From Chrysomallon squamiferum (lineage: Eukaryota > Animalia > Mollusca), in the NCBI GenBank assembly GCA_012295275.1, contig CM022671.1, forward strand, positions 10,788,001 to 10,852,000: DNA of 64,000 nt, in the 5' to 3' direction. Numbering within the stretch: the stretch's first letter is position 1; each line of letters starts with the position of its first letter. The translations under genes and the position numbers were made by a program. Below the pieces are notes generated by a model. The model made no database searches. It saw only the letters and a program-made list of their open reading frames with translations, and had not been told where the DNA came from. Below, one piece after another: positions 29,991 to 41,933 of this stretch.

Positions 29991-30939
29991 GAAGCAGCAA
30001 AGGATAAATATCTATTAGTTCTAATAAAATATAAAAATGATGAAATCAAATAAGAGGAAATCAGAAAATAGTTTCAGTCTTGGGGCAAAATAACCCTAGA
30101 AAAAGCATCTGTTTTCCTTGCTACATGTCAAATTTTCTACTTCTTAATTCTAGCAATCAAGAAGAAAGAGACAAAATGTTCTCAAAGAAAACTGAAGCAG
30201 TTTAACTTAATACTCTAAAGTTGTTGTTTTCTGAATGAAAACAAACCAACCTCATTTTTTTCATAAAGATTCACTTATATTCTTTAAGATGTTTTTCAAT
30301 ATTGTTTCTATTGAAAAAGAGATCTTATCTTAGTATCATCTTGATGTCTAATGTACTGTCATTGTAATTTTTTCATAAATGCAATGCATGTGTGCGTTTT
30401 GTGTGTTTGTTTTTATTTAAGTGTTACTCACATTTTCTTTTCATGATAATTTCAAAAGTAAAAAAGAAAAAAAAAGTAAAAGTAAATTTACACTACAAGG
30501 ATTCTGTAAAAGAAATATTGGGAACAACAGAAGTTTTCTCCATTACTGGTTGTCACTTTTACTTGAATGTGCTTATGATACATAAGTGGATACTAATGTA
30601 ACATTTTATGTGTTCATACAAATGTATAACACTTTAAAGACACTTTTACCTGAGATATTACAGATAATCTTAATGTAAACATGGAGGTGTGGAAAAAAAA
30701 TACCACATTGAAATAATTTTTGAAAAGAAAAATTAAAATATACCACTACTGATTTAACTATATTTTTTTTTTTTTCTTCAAAAAACAAAAAGTCAGCAAT
30801 AAAATAACAATACATTTATCTATTGTACTATATGTATATCTTATTTGATACTGATTTTCTTTTCTCTTTCAAAATTGAGGTCTATTAATCTTATAATGAA
30901 ACTATAATTTTAAGTACACATATAGTAATTTTAAATAAA

Positions 30940-30948
30940 ATAATAATG

Positions 30949-30984
<36 letters not shown>

Positions 30985-31094
30985 GCAATAATAATAAGAG
31001 CACTAGTAGTAGTAGTAAACAAATAAATATATTAAACTAAAATGTTATTAAATTCATAACAGAAAAAAGAAAAAAAAAAAAAAATGATAAATAA

Positions 31095-31164
<70 letters not shown>

Positions 31165-31310
31165 GTAGTAAATAATTAAATAAATTAAACTAAAATATTT
31201 TTAAGTTCATAACAGAAAAAAGGAAGAAAAATATTATAAATTTAAAGAATAATAATATTAATAATAATAACAATAATAATAATAAATAAATAAATAAATA
31301 AATAAAAAAT
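30940..31310. repeat. (TAA)n microsatellite cluster with a duplicated spacer
   Basis: TAA runs at about 30940-30995 and 31096-31163; spacer ATTAAACTAAAAT...TTCATAACAGAAAAAAG occurs twice (about 31030 and 31184). Confidence 0.95.
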
Positions 31311-31621
31311 AAATTTTAAAAATAATGAAGTAAATTAAAGATTTTTAAAATCCATGTGAGAGAAAAATAAAGAAAAAATAATAAATATTAGAATCAAAAT
31401 TATAAATTTGAAAAAAAAAGAAAAAAAAAACAACACATTTTAACCAATCAAAAAAAAAAAAAAAATAATAAAAGTATTTAGAATTTTTTTGAAAACAGCA
31501 ATAAATGAAACTTCATTTGACTGATGAAAATACTAACATACTTGATACTAGGAATGCTAATTCTAACATTACAATAGCAATGTAGATAAAATACAGCAAT
31601 TCAGAAATTATCTCGACTTAC

Positions 31622-33117
31622 TAATAACTGTGGCTTGCTCATTATTGCTTTGTTCACTTCCGTTCAAGCTTCCATTTATAATGTCTTTTTTTTCTTTCTT
31701 CTTTTTTTTCTACTGTTTTCTATCTTTTTTTCCTAATTTTAATTTTGATGTCCATATTTTCACCATTTTCACACTTTTGGAGAAAGTTTGCCTCATCAAT
31801 TCCTGTAATCAAAAAAATATATGTACATGTTACTATTCATGATTAAGAAGTTAGCAATAATAAATCAAAAATTGTTTTAATTTGTGAAACAAACACAATT
31901 TTAAATATCAGTATATATTTATGGATGATGAGAGAAAAAGATATTGGAGGTTTTTCAGTTTTTTTTGTTTGTTGTTTGTTTGTTTGTTTCTTTTTTTCTT
32001 CTTAATTGATGAGATTTATATAATTGTTATAAAAATTCAGATTTTCTTAAAGAAATATTTATAGAACATAAGTTTTTTATCCAAATGAAACTGTGTATAC
32101 TATTTTACAAAGTGTACTATTTCAAGAAATAAAAAAGTTTTTTTATTACTTACTGTTCATACAAGCCACAGTAAGTATATGCACATGTGTTGTTTGTGCA
32201 TCTATTTTGTAGACAGCATCTGTTTTCTGCTTTGCTTCTGCTTTATATTCTTTTTGAAGCTTCATAATCTGTAAAATAAAATTAAAATAAACAATAATAA
32301 ATGATCATTAATTTTACAAATCTTTAATGTTAAAACAGTTTTCACATATTTTATCAATTCAGAAAACTACTTTATTTTTATGAAAGAATTTAAAGCCATG
32401 TGCAGTTCTAAGCATCCAGTCAACAGTCTTGTATAATAACATTATGCACGACCGACAGACCAACAGGCATGAAACCTTATCTCCAAATTCCATTAAATCT
32501 GCTTTTAACTAGTGTAGCCATGACAATGACAACTTATCAACACAAACAGTATTTTGACTTTATGTGACCGATGATACTAAAACATGCGCAGTATATGGTA
32601 ATTAATTGCAAATAAGATAGTTAATTTTCATCCCCAGAAATGGCCTTAAAGGCTTAATACAAGCAATAATAGAAAATGAGTTGTACCAGCTTATGTATTT
32701 GAATGAATTTGTAACATAAAATAAGATTACAACTATATAATTACCACTGTAATAGCAGAAATTTATTTTATGGCAGAAATATAGCATGCAAGTTCATTTC
32801 TCTGTACGTGATCTGCAAGGAAAATGTCTTCAGTCTGGGCCAAGTATTACTGTTACAACATACATTTAACAAACTAACTGGACAACAGGCTTGCTGGAAA
32901 ACAGTTATAAACACAAACAACAGTGTGACTTTATGTGGATATTCCTATAGTGTTGTGTTTTTTGCTAACATCAAAACAATACAAATAATTAACCTGGATG
33001 TATATTATTTCAGTATAAAATAACTATCATAATTATACAAAACTTTATAATAATAATACTTACCAAAACACGTGAGTTCAGAAACACCTTGATAATAATG
33101 AAGATGTACTTGTTATT
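31622..33117 (-). other. Candidate spliced transcript (lncRNA, small ORF or pseudogene); exons 33117-33064, 32268-32154, 31802-31622, with a probable upstream exon ending at 33246
   Basis: Each exon has a pyrimidine-rich CAG acceptor and GTAAGT donor on the minus strand. The spliced frame is open: NNKYIFIIIKVFLNSRVL-IMKLQKEYKAEAKQKTDAVYKIDAQTTHVHILTVACMN-RIDEANFLQKCENGENMDIKIKIRKKR*. No recognised domain. Confidence 0.6.
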
Positions 33118-33841
33118 CTGAAATAAATGAAACAAAAGTTACACAGTATGTTACAGAATGCAATAATTATATTTCAAAAATTAAAAATAAATTTATTTGG
33201 AAGGTAAATCGATTCTATTCTAGTATGTATCTTCTACTAACTTACTTTTCAAACTTATGATTTATGAACAGCCACCAAAGATCCCAAAAAGAGTCAATAG
33301 TTGTTTTCTGTTGAATTTTCTTTCACTTAGTTCAACAGTGCCAAAACCAAATAATGGTGTTTAGAACTCACACAGTGATATTAAATTGTAACATTGTCAC
33401 CTGGTGACAGAACAACTCACTTTGCCAGCCAGTGGTTACTGAAGCATGACACTTAACAATAACATTTTAGAGTGCAGACTGAAGCTGTCCTGTCAGTATG
33501 ACAGCTCTGTGGTGTGAACAGAAACAAGCTGACTGGTCAAACAGGTCAGCTTGTCACGTCAGATGAAGTTAAACAAGTAAAAGAATTGAAATAAAATACC
33601 TGGGTTTTTCTTCTTTAATTTCATCTTATAAATTGCAATTTCCTTATAAATATTCACAAGAAATAAATATATAATATTCATTTCTCACTTTCTTATGATA
33701 TGGAATTTTCTAATTAATGTAACAGTTGATTAAAGTAAGAATAATTTATTAATTTTAAGTGTTTGTTTCTAAATAAGTGAATGTCTTACATTTTCTTTAT
33801 TATTATTATTATTAATTACCTTCATCTTAGTATCAATATGG

Positions 33842-33842
<1 letters not shown>

Positions 33843-33890
<48 letters not shown>
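33843..33890. repeat. (TAA)n microsatellite
   Basis: About 16 perfect units. Confidence 0.97.
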
Positions 33891-33891
<1 letters not shown>

Positions 33892-35019
33892 GGAAATAAA
33901 AGACAACATTCAGAATTATCTCTGATATGCTGAAAAATGTCTCAGTTCCAGATGACAGATGCAAATGCCAGCAGTTTCTGAAGATGCTGGATAGGTAACA
34001 CCTGATCAGTGACAGAAGCCATTTTCAAAGAAAGGTTTAGGGTGATAATTTTTAGAAATTATTTTAAATATCTAAGTGATAATATTTTTTTTTTTTTTTT
34101 TAAACTTGTATCAGTGTTCTAGTAGTTTATTCATCAATTATTGTAATAAATCATAGCCACTCTTCTAAATTTAAAAGTTTGCCTGGTTTGTTTTTGAGGG
34201 TTTTTTCTCTAAAATTATGGATGCCCATCTACATGGCAAAACAAAAATAATGCTCAAAAACTTTACAAATAAAACTAATCCACTACCAAGTTCAGTCAAA
34301 CTCAAATATGACATTCTGCAGTGCATACATCACATTAAATTCCTTGAAGAGAATCTGGCCAATTCCACTCTCCTTAAAGCCATCCAAAAGAAAGTAAAAT
34401 AAATTATTTTATAAAACCAGCTTTAACATTTGATTTAAACCTTAACAACCAAAACTGAACATGTTAGACCCTAAACTTACAGATTAACTATTATATAAAT
34501 TCCCTAAGAATAATCTTAAATCCAAAATAATTGATTCTTTTAATTCAATAAATGAATCAGATTTACATGTAACTAAATACAATGCAATGAAGTGGAGTAG
34601 AAAAAATTATAAAACTAAACTATTTAAATGTGCAATATTAGAATTTTTAAATTTTGTTTCTGGTTTAGCCCAAAGGAATCCCAAAATAGGGTGAATAATC
34701 CCAGCCCCAAAACTGGTACTATCCATGCAGGTAGACCAAAATGGGGTCTTTCATCACCATCAATTATTACTCTGTGTAAATATCCAAATTTAAAGGCTAA
34801 CCTGCCAGTTTCTAAAACTCATGCTCCATGCATCACTCCTAAAGTTAATCAACCACCTAAATCATTTGCTGTTTTAAAATTTCCAACATTTAGGCCTTCT
34901 AAATTTTATAAACACCAACATGCACTATCTGATAAACCACAATGCCTGAAATTGTTAGAATACCTTAATTTTTGGCTCCTCGAATTCAATACGGACTAAT
35001 GAAGACGTACATAAACAGA

Positions 35020-35335
35020 TCCAAGTAGAATTATTATTGTCAACAAATATTCATTACTGTAACTGGTTCTGGGCATTGGTCCCACAATATCTATTAGTAC
35101 TTTTGAAAAAACAGGTCTACTGGTACCAGTTGTAGGGATGCCAGGGGAAATAACTTGATTTGGTTTCCGATTATTCTGACACACCTCACAACTTTTGACA
35201 GATTTCATTGTGTCATGATACATTCCTGACCAATAAAAGTCTGATGTAATGCACTTATATGTTTCCATTTGCCACAAATGACCTGCAAACACATTTTCAT
35301 GACTGAAACTCAGTATTTCCTGTCTACATGCCTGG
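35020..35335 (-). mobile_element. Gypsy (Gmr1-like) integrase fragment: HHCC zinc finger plus start of catalytic core
   Basis: HENVFAGHL...FYWSGM...SCEVCQ..RKPNQ...FSKVLIDIVGPMPRTSYSNEYLLTII matches the integrase H..H..CxxC and DxxGPLP motifs. Confidence 0.92.
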
Positions 35336-35473
35336 TACCAAAACTTGAAAAAGTGGATATAAATATAAATTGGATGTCATTAAATTGAAAAAATACTCAT
35401 TACATCCAAAGAAACAAGCCCCCAAATTGATTATTTGAAAAATCCTGGACAAGAACTCCAGTTTTTATTATCC

Positions 35474-36145
35474 TGTCACAGGGCCCACACCATAAAACAC
35501 CTTGGATGTTTCATTAAGGCCCAGTCTAAGTTAAAAAGATGTTTTAATGGCCACCAAACAAGGAATATAAACAGTAATTTGACAGTAATTTATATAAATC
35601 AATAATTCTATCTATCCACTAGAGAAATAAACACAACATAAGTTAAGGTACAAGTTAATTATTTAATTATGATATAATTGTGACTTGATAATAATGTATT
35701 ATAAGATCAATAAAACTTAAATTTAAATAACTTTGATTTATGATACAAGTAAGGTCATATGGGGAACCAAGATAAAAAAAGAATAAAATAGGATTAAACA
35801 ACTAAGAATTTATGTATGTAAAATTGCACATTACACCATATCAAAATTAGAACATACAATGGCTTACCATATTTGTCTGTGAAGGCAGTGTCATTCAAAA
35901 ACATTGGTTCCACACCTGACTGAATGATCTGGCTCTCGTGTTGACTTTTTCCTTCTCACCTTATTACCAAGTGCCAGCTGTTTTAAAACAACCTCACAGA
36001 TTTGAAAAATTGGTGACAAAAATAAAACACATGGATGTTGCAGAAAACTAAATTTTGTCATGCAATCTGAGTTCCATGACGTAAAAATAAAACATGCAGA
36101 TGTTGCAGAAAGATAATTTTGTTACACAATCTGAATTGTGTGACA
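35474..36145 (-). mobile_element. Probable 5' LTR of the Gypsy element, followed by a decayed tRNA-Pro primer-binding site (35442-35460)
   Basis: Bounded by inverted TGTCACA (35474) and TGTGACA (36139-36145). 13 nt downstream on the minus strand lies TGGAGTTCTTGTCCAGGAT, similar to the tRNA-Pro PBS TGGGGGCTCGTCCGGGAT; a second TGGGGGCTTG near 35415. The 36145 boundary is less certain because it falls in a 64-bp two-copy repeat. Confidence 0.55.
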
Positions 36146-37959
36146 TTCTTTTTACATTAGAACATTTACGTGAACATAAATATATTTAAAATTTCAACAA
36201 ATCTACAAACATATTTTAACCCGTATGTTATTATGTCAAAGCAGCAAAAAGTAATCTTCATAAAGATATATATATTTTCCACCAATATTAGGTTCATGGA
36301 TCATTTCATGTCTGGTTTGCTGAAAATCCAGTAAGTTTAAATGACTGATTTACAAAATACATGCTTTATGAAAAAGGAATTATCAGTTGAAGTATCACAT
36401 ATTGCAGTTTGCCTGTGTTCTTTTATATTGCGCTAATGCAACATGTTTTACTTTTATAGCAAATTAAAGATAACTGAGAAGGAAAGAAAATGGGCTGAAT
36501 AGTTAACTGATGACTGACAGAAGTTGAAGCATGAGAAAAAGTTCCAAGCTTGTAAGTTATGGATAAGTTGCATTCTTATATTCCATGTTTTGTCTATTAG
36601 CTAGTTTTCTTAAGACATCAGCAAAGTGGAGAGGGAATTATGAATTAAGAACAGATTTTTTTGTTTGAAGCCTAACATACTGACATTAACATTAAGCAAA
36701 CTTGCATGGAAATTGGATTCACACTGATTGCATCATAAACAGATATGCATGGTAATGAAATAAAACATTTCTAAATGTACAGATCTTTTAGAGATTATAT
36801 TCTGATTCATAAAAGTTTATTTTATTTATTAACTGAAATGCCTCATGTTTCAGAATGCAGTGAGGTTAATATGTAATGTACCCAGAGCTTCCCAAACATC
36901 AGAATTCTGTACAGATGAGGAACTACATACAAGACAAATTTACTTACTCATCATAGAAGCCTTCTAATCAAAGGAGAATATGTTACATGGCTGGCTGTGT
37001 TAAGCCACACTGACATAGGAATAACTGGGCAGAACACCGGTGTATCTGGCGTGTCCTGTCAGTTTGTATGTGCAAACATCTCTCAAAAACCTTTGGGGGA
37101 ATTGGAGTGAATAATTTGTACTCAACAATATTATTTATTTCATCAAAATTGCTAATGATTGCTGTTGTAATTTTTATTTTGCTAAACTTTGTAGTCACTT
37201 TCTGTATTAGTGTCTTCTAACTAAGGATTTTTTAAACTTATTTTATCTAATTTGATGGAGTAGGAATGCAGTTTGGAATATTTAATCTTGAATCTATAAG
37301 CTACAAATATGAATGGTTTATTTTCCAGTGATAATGTTCTGTAATTTATATGAAATCAATTTATGTTTGATAGTGGGTTAATCTAAATATCTATTTGTTT
37401 GTTAACTATCATATACAATTCATATAAAGAACTGTAATGAAATCTTCAGTAAAAATGAAGCTATTAGTTGTTTGTTTATCAATAAATCTTTTTTTTTTTT
37501 TTTTAAATGTCTTCTATGTGTTCTTGCCATGTACACAACGGGGAATATACAACAGTATGAATTTACTGAGAAATCAGAGGTCAGCCTGGTGGATAGATGT
37601 GTTTTTAGTTAGCTCTGGACGTTTTTCTGATCTTTTACACAATAAGTGTGAATTCAGTAACAGACTACTGAACACGTGAGTCATAAGAGCATTAAAATTC
37701 AGTGTTTCAAATTTCTTTTTAAATAACCAGAAAAGGGTTCAAATTAACTGATAAACATTATCCACATACTGAATATATCTTGGATGACATTATTTCTCTA
37801 ACCACCCAGCATCAGGCCAGCCTGTGAACATTGTTCATATTGAAGGTTTGCATTGTAGCTCAAAATAACATCAACCGGATGTGTGATTCTTAGTTTATAG
37901 CCATTTAAACATTTTACTGAAAATGTCTTCTGGCTAAAAAAGACTAAATATAATCTTTC

Positions 37960-38760
37960 AAATGACATTAGTTTTGAAAAGGACAGAAAAGGTGATAATA
38001 TAGTGAGGAAAACCCTAGCAAAAGCAGACCAAAGGCAAACTGAAACTAACAAAGGAGAAGCAGCAGAAGAAGAACAAACAACCATAGAGTTTTCTTTGAA
38101 TCTCTCTCAGTGATCTACAGTAAGAAACAGTTCAGATGCAGATATAAATTCCATAAATCATAGATTAATTACAAAAGATAAATTGTGACAACAACTTGAT
38201 GAAAATAAACAAGAAATAATATATCGCATGAAAGAAATTAGTGTCATACTCGAATCCTGGATATTAACACTGGAAATAGAAAATGATAAGTTAAAAAAAC
38301 AAACAGAAAAAGTAAATACAACGGTCAATCAGTCGTAGTCCACATACTAACTAGGAGTATATAAAAGTGAGTTGGCCATGGACAACTTAAATGACTTAGA
38401 ACAAGCTTTAAGGACAAACAGTGTGTGCATGACAGATACAAATAAAGCTGTAAGTACTGGATGCAGTTACTGAAATACTGCACAGCCAGTGAAGTCCCCA
38501 TAAAATAAATTGAAAAAGCAAGATTATTAACATTGCAAATTTCCTGGGACCATTTACGGAAAACAAAAGAAGATTAAGTTTAAATCGCAGAAACACAAAA
38601 ATCAAGTTCTTTATTACAAATGTAAACTGAAAGGATGAGGTGTGGGTGTAAGTGAAGACCTGACAGCTAAAAGCTGAAAGTACATAACAATAAATACAAC
38701 AGCAAAACGACATAGAGAATGCTTGGATGAGGGACTCGCATTATTTTATAAAACTAAAAA
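37960..38760 (+). mobile_element. Decayed LINE ORF1-like remnant
   Basis: Coiled-coil-like E/K-rich stretch, then NDLEQ, VSEDLT and NAWMRD motifs typical of L1-type ORF1; many stops; lies upstream of the ORF2 remnant. Confidence 0.55.
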
Positions 38761-39689
38761 AAGCAGAAAAATAAAAAAGGTCTGTCCTTGTGAATTCCTT
38801 GTAACTCGAACACAGAATGAGCATATTTTAAAGACTTATGTATGCCTTTGAATTACAAAATTAATTAATTCATATGCCTTAAATATTTATAGTTTTCATT
38901 AATGGCATTGATGAGCTGGATAATTATAAAACAAAAGAAAACACTTTGAACAACATATCTTTACCTTTCTCAAAGTTGAAACACATACCAGCTAGATATT
39001 AGTGATTAATTTTTTATACATTTGTTTTCTCAGACACATTCAAGTTTTTAATATTTTATAACATTTATTCTTTTGTTATCTTAAAACCATCCTCAGTGCC
39101 TTTAATATTCCTACATATTTAATTTAAACAAGCTATTGTATTCATACATTATTGTGTATAGGTATGTGTCTAGAATTGTATAGCCTGATATTTTTATAGT
39201 AATCAAACTCATGCTAACTATATACCCTTTAATTTTAAATTTTAAACATATAGGATTTTTAAACAATACTTTAGAGGAATGAGGATACAAAACTGAATAT
39301 AGAATGTTTTCCCATAAATTTTTAAATAGAGTCAATATTTTATATTTAATATTTTAAAAAAAGATTTAATTATACAATGTAATATAGGAGCTGGTCTCAG
39401 AAGTCCCAGCAGACAAAGGTTATAGATGTTTAGTTTAATTAATACTTTATGTTGTTATAGAATCAGCTTTAGATTTATTAAGTAAAAAGTCTAACTATTA
39501 AATTATATAGAGAAAACATCTATATATTCAGTTTATTTGTGAAAGTGTGAATGATTGTGTGAAAAAAAAATGTGCATCTGGGAATGAAAGTGTATGCAAA
39601 AAATGTTAATTATATTTTCTACTTAAAAACTCTCCAAATAGTGTACAGTAAGAAAATACTATTTATATTGCTTGTAACTGACAATGGAT

Positions 39690-41700
39690 GATACATTAAT
39701 TATTTAAGAGATAAACATGTTAATATGTACTTGCTACAAGATACACACGTTTCAACAAATTAAGAAATTATGATCAGGTCTCAGTGGGGCATAGGTAATT
39801 GTTATTTCATTTCATTTAAAAGTAATTTGAGGGGTGTGACCAAAACTTATTTTAAACAATCAAGTAAGCAACACTGCTGATAAAGAGTGATTCTTATTAA
39901 CATATGTGTTCCAAGCAATAAAGATAAATAGCATTTTTTAAAACAACTGGATTCAGTTATAGAGAAATACATCATATACAAAAAGTTGAGATTGAATTTT
40001 AAACGTTTTTTGTGGATAAGTCAAATTACAATGAAATAAACAATCCAAAAGCTAGAAATGAAGTTTTAAATCTAATCGAAGAATATAATTTATTGGATAT
40101 TTGGTGATATCAACATCCAGATAGTTAAATTGGTAGAACTCGGAGAAAAACCATTAAAGTATTTTTGTAGCTTAGAAAAGAGAAATTATGTAACAAAAGC
40201 ATTAACTATATTAATAGACAAAATAATCAATTAGAAAACCAGAACAAACTGAGGAAGAAGCAGTAGCCTCTTATAATAAATCATTGTCTTGATTAGCATA
40301 TAATGTGACTAATGCACACCTAAACAGAATACTCAGTAACTGTAGAGTAGCCAGACAATAATGTATAATGTCAAAATCACTAGAGGGAGAAAGAATTAAC
40401 TTTTAAAGAAGTTACTAATGGTTAACAAAAGTCCATAAATTAAAGTCACTGGGAACAGATGGATTTACTGTTCAGTTTATCAAATTCTTTTTGTATGATA
40501 TTAGCTATTTTGTTATAGTAAGTTTTAAGTCTTGGATATAAACATGTTAAGTTATCAGATTCACAAAAAGTGGGTTTGATTACAGTTATTCCAAAGAAAG
40601 ATAAGGCAAAATAATTTTTTGAGAATTTGAGGTCAATTTGACCCCTAAACATTTACAAATTGGGGTCAGACACTGCAGCAGAAAGAATAAAATCTGTGAT
40701 CCCATCAATAGCATCCAGAGATGAAACTGGATTTATGCATGGTCTTGAATAGGTAATAATATTAGACTTATATATGATAAACACATAAAATAAGCCTGGG
40801 ATATTATTAATTGTAGATTTTTTAAAAATCTTTTCCTATAATTTCGTGGAATTTTATTAAACGAAAAAATGTTTTAGGTTATTTTAAGTTTGTGGCCTCA
40901 GTTCAAAGACGGATTAATGTGAATTGTGTTTATACCTAAATGGTAAGATTACTGAATGCTTAAAGCTTGGCAGAGGATGTAAGCAAAGAGATCAATATAT
41001 CTGGTTTTAAAGTTAATATAGATAAAATTAGGCAAAGACTGTAGTGACCACACAAAAATGTGTCAAAAACATAAATGAAAATGGGCTACAGTATTTGCAT
41101 AATATTTGGGGTATGGTTTTCCACAAATCAGTATCAAATACAAGCAAAAAACAATAACGCAAAGTTGAATGAGGTTAAAAGGCTGCTTGAACAATAGTCA
41201 AAACATTTTTTGTCACCTTTAGGACAAATTACTGTAATCAAAAGTTTAGTTTTATTGAAATTTATTTATTTTTTATTACTGATTACAAAATCCAAGATAT
41301 TCATTCTTTAAAAAAATTAGAAACTTATTTGTTTCAGTTCATTTGGAATAAAAAGCCCAATAAAATAGCTAGAACATTAATTTACTATTATCAAAATGGT
41401 GGTTTAAGAGCAATAAACGTTTAATTATTTTGTAATACATTAAAAATATCATAGATTAAAAGTATGTATTTGAACCAAGATATTGCCTCCCTTTTCAGTA
41501 ATAGTTTATAATCTAGAGCTTCACTAACATCAGTTTTGGGGTCAGCCTACGGAGAAATTGCTGATATGCACTAATCCTTTCTGGGAAAAATGTATTACAT
41601 ACATGGTTAGACTCTCTAGAATGTGAAACTACATGAGACAAGGACAAGACAAAAATGCTTAGTGCACCAATTAGGTAAACTCTCATATTAGAACTGATGA
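39690..41700 (+). mobile_element. L1/Tx1-clade LINE ORF2 pseudogene (endonuclease plus RT, with internal deletions)
   Basis: Ordered motifs: LLQDTH, SQWG, SNLRGV, LLDIW*YQHPD, GEKPLKYFCSLEKRN, KSLGTDGFT, SQKVGLITVIPKKDK, DETGFM, NNIRLIYD, RGCKQRD, LSPLGQITVIKSL, FIWNKKPNKI, GGL, NPFW; frameshifts and stops throughout. Confidence 0.92.
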
Positions 41701-41933
41701 TAAATGTGTTTACAGGTGAGGATACAACTACAGATTCAACATTATACTGATGTGTCTCACTGCAACTTTGAATTCTGTTAACTTTTCTTGTAACTGTGAT
41801 TCTAGCTTATCATTTGATTCTGCAGCATTGAAATTTTAATCTATAAAGATGCTGTCATTATAAAGCTAAAGTCCAAAAACCTTGAAACCACTGATTTCTC
41901 AACTGTTGCATTATTAGCAAATAAGATAGAAAT

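Noticed and set aside
34217-34999. 61-aa and 123-aa plus-strand ORFs next to the integrase
   Set aside because: Probably transposon debris, but no motif could be assigned with confidence.
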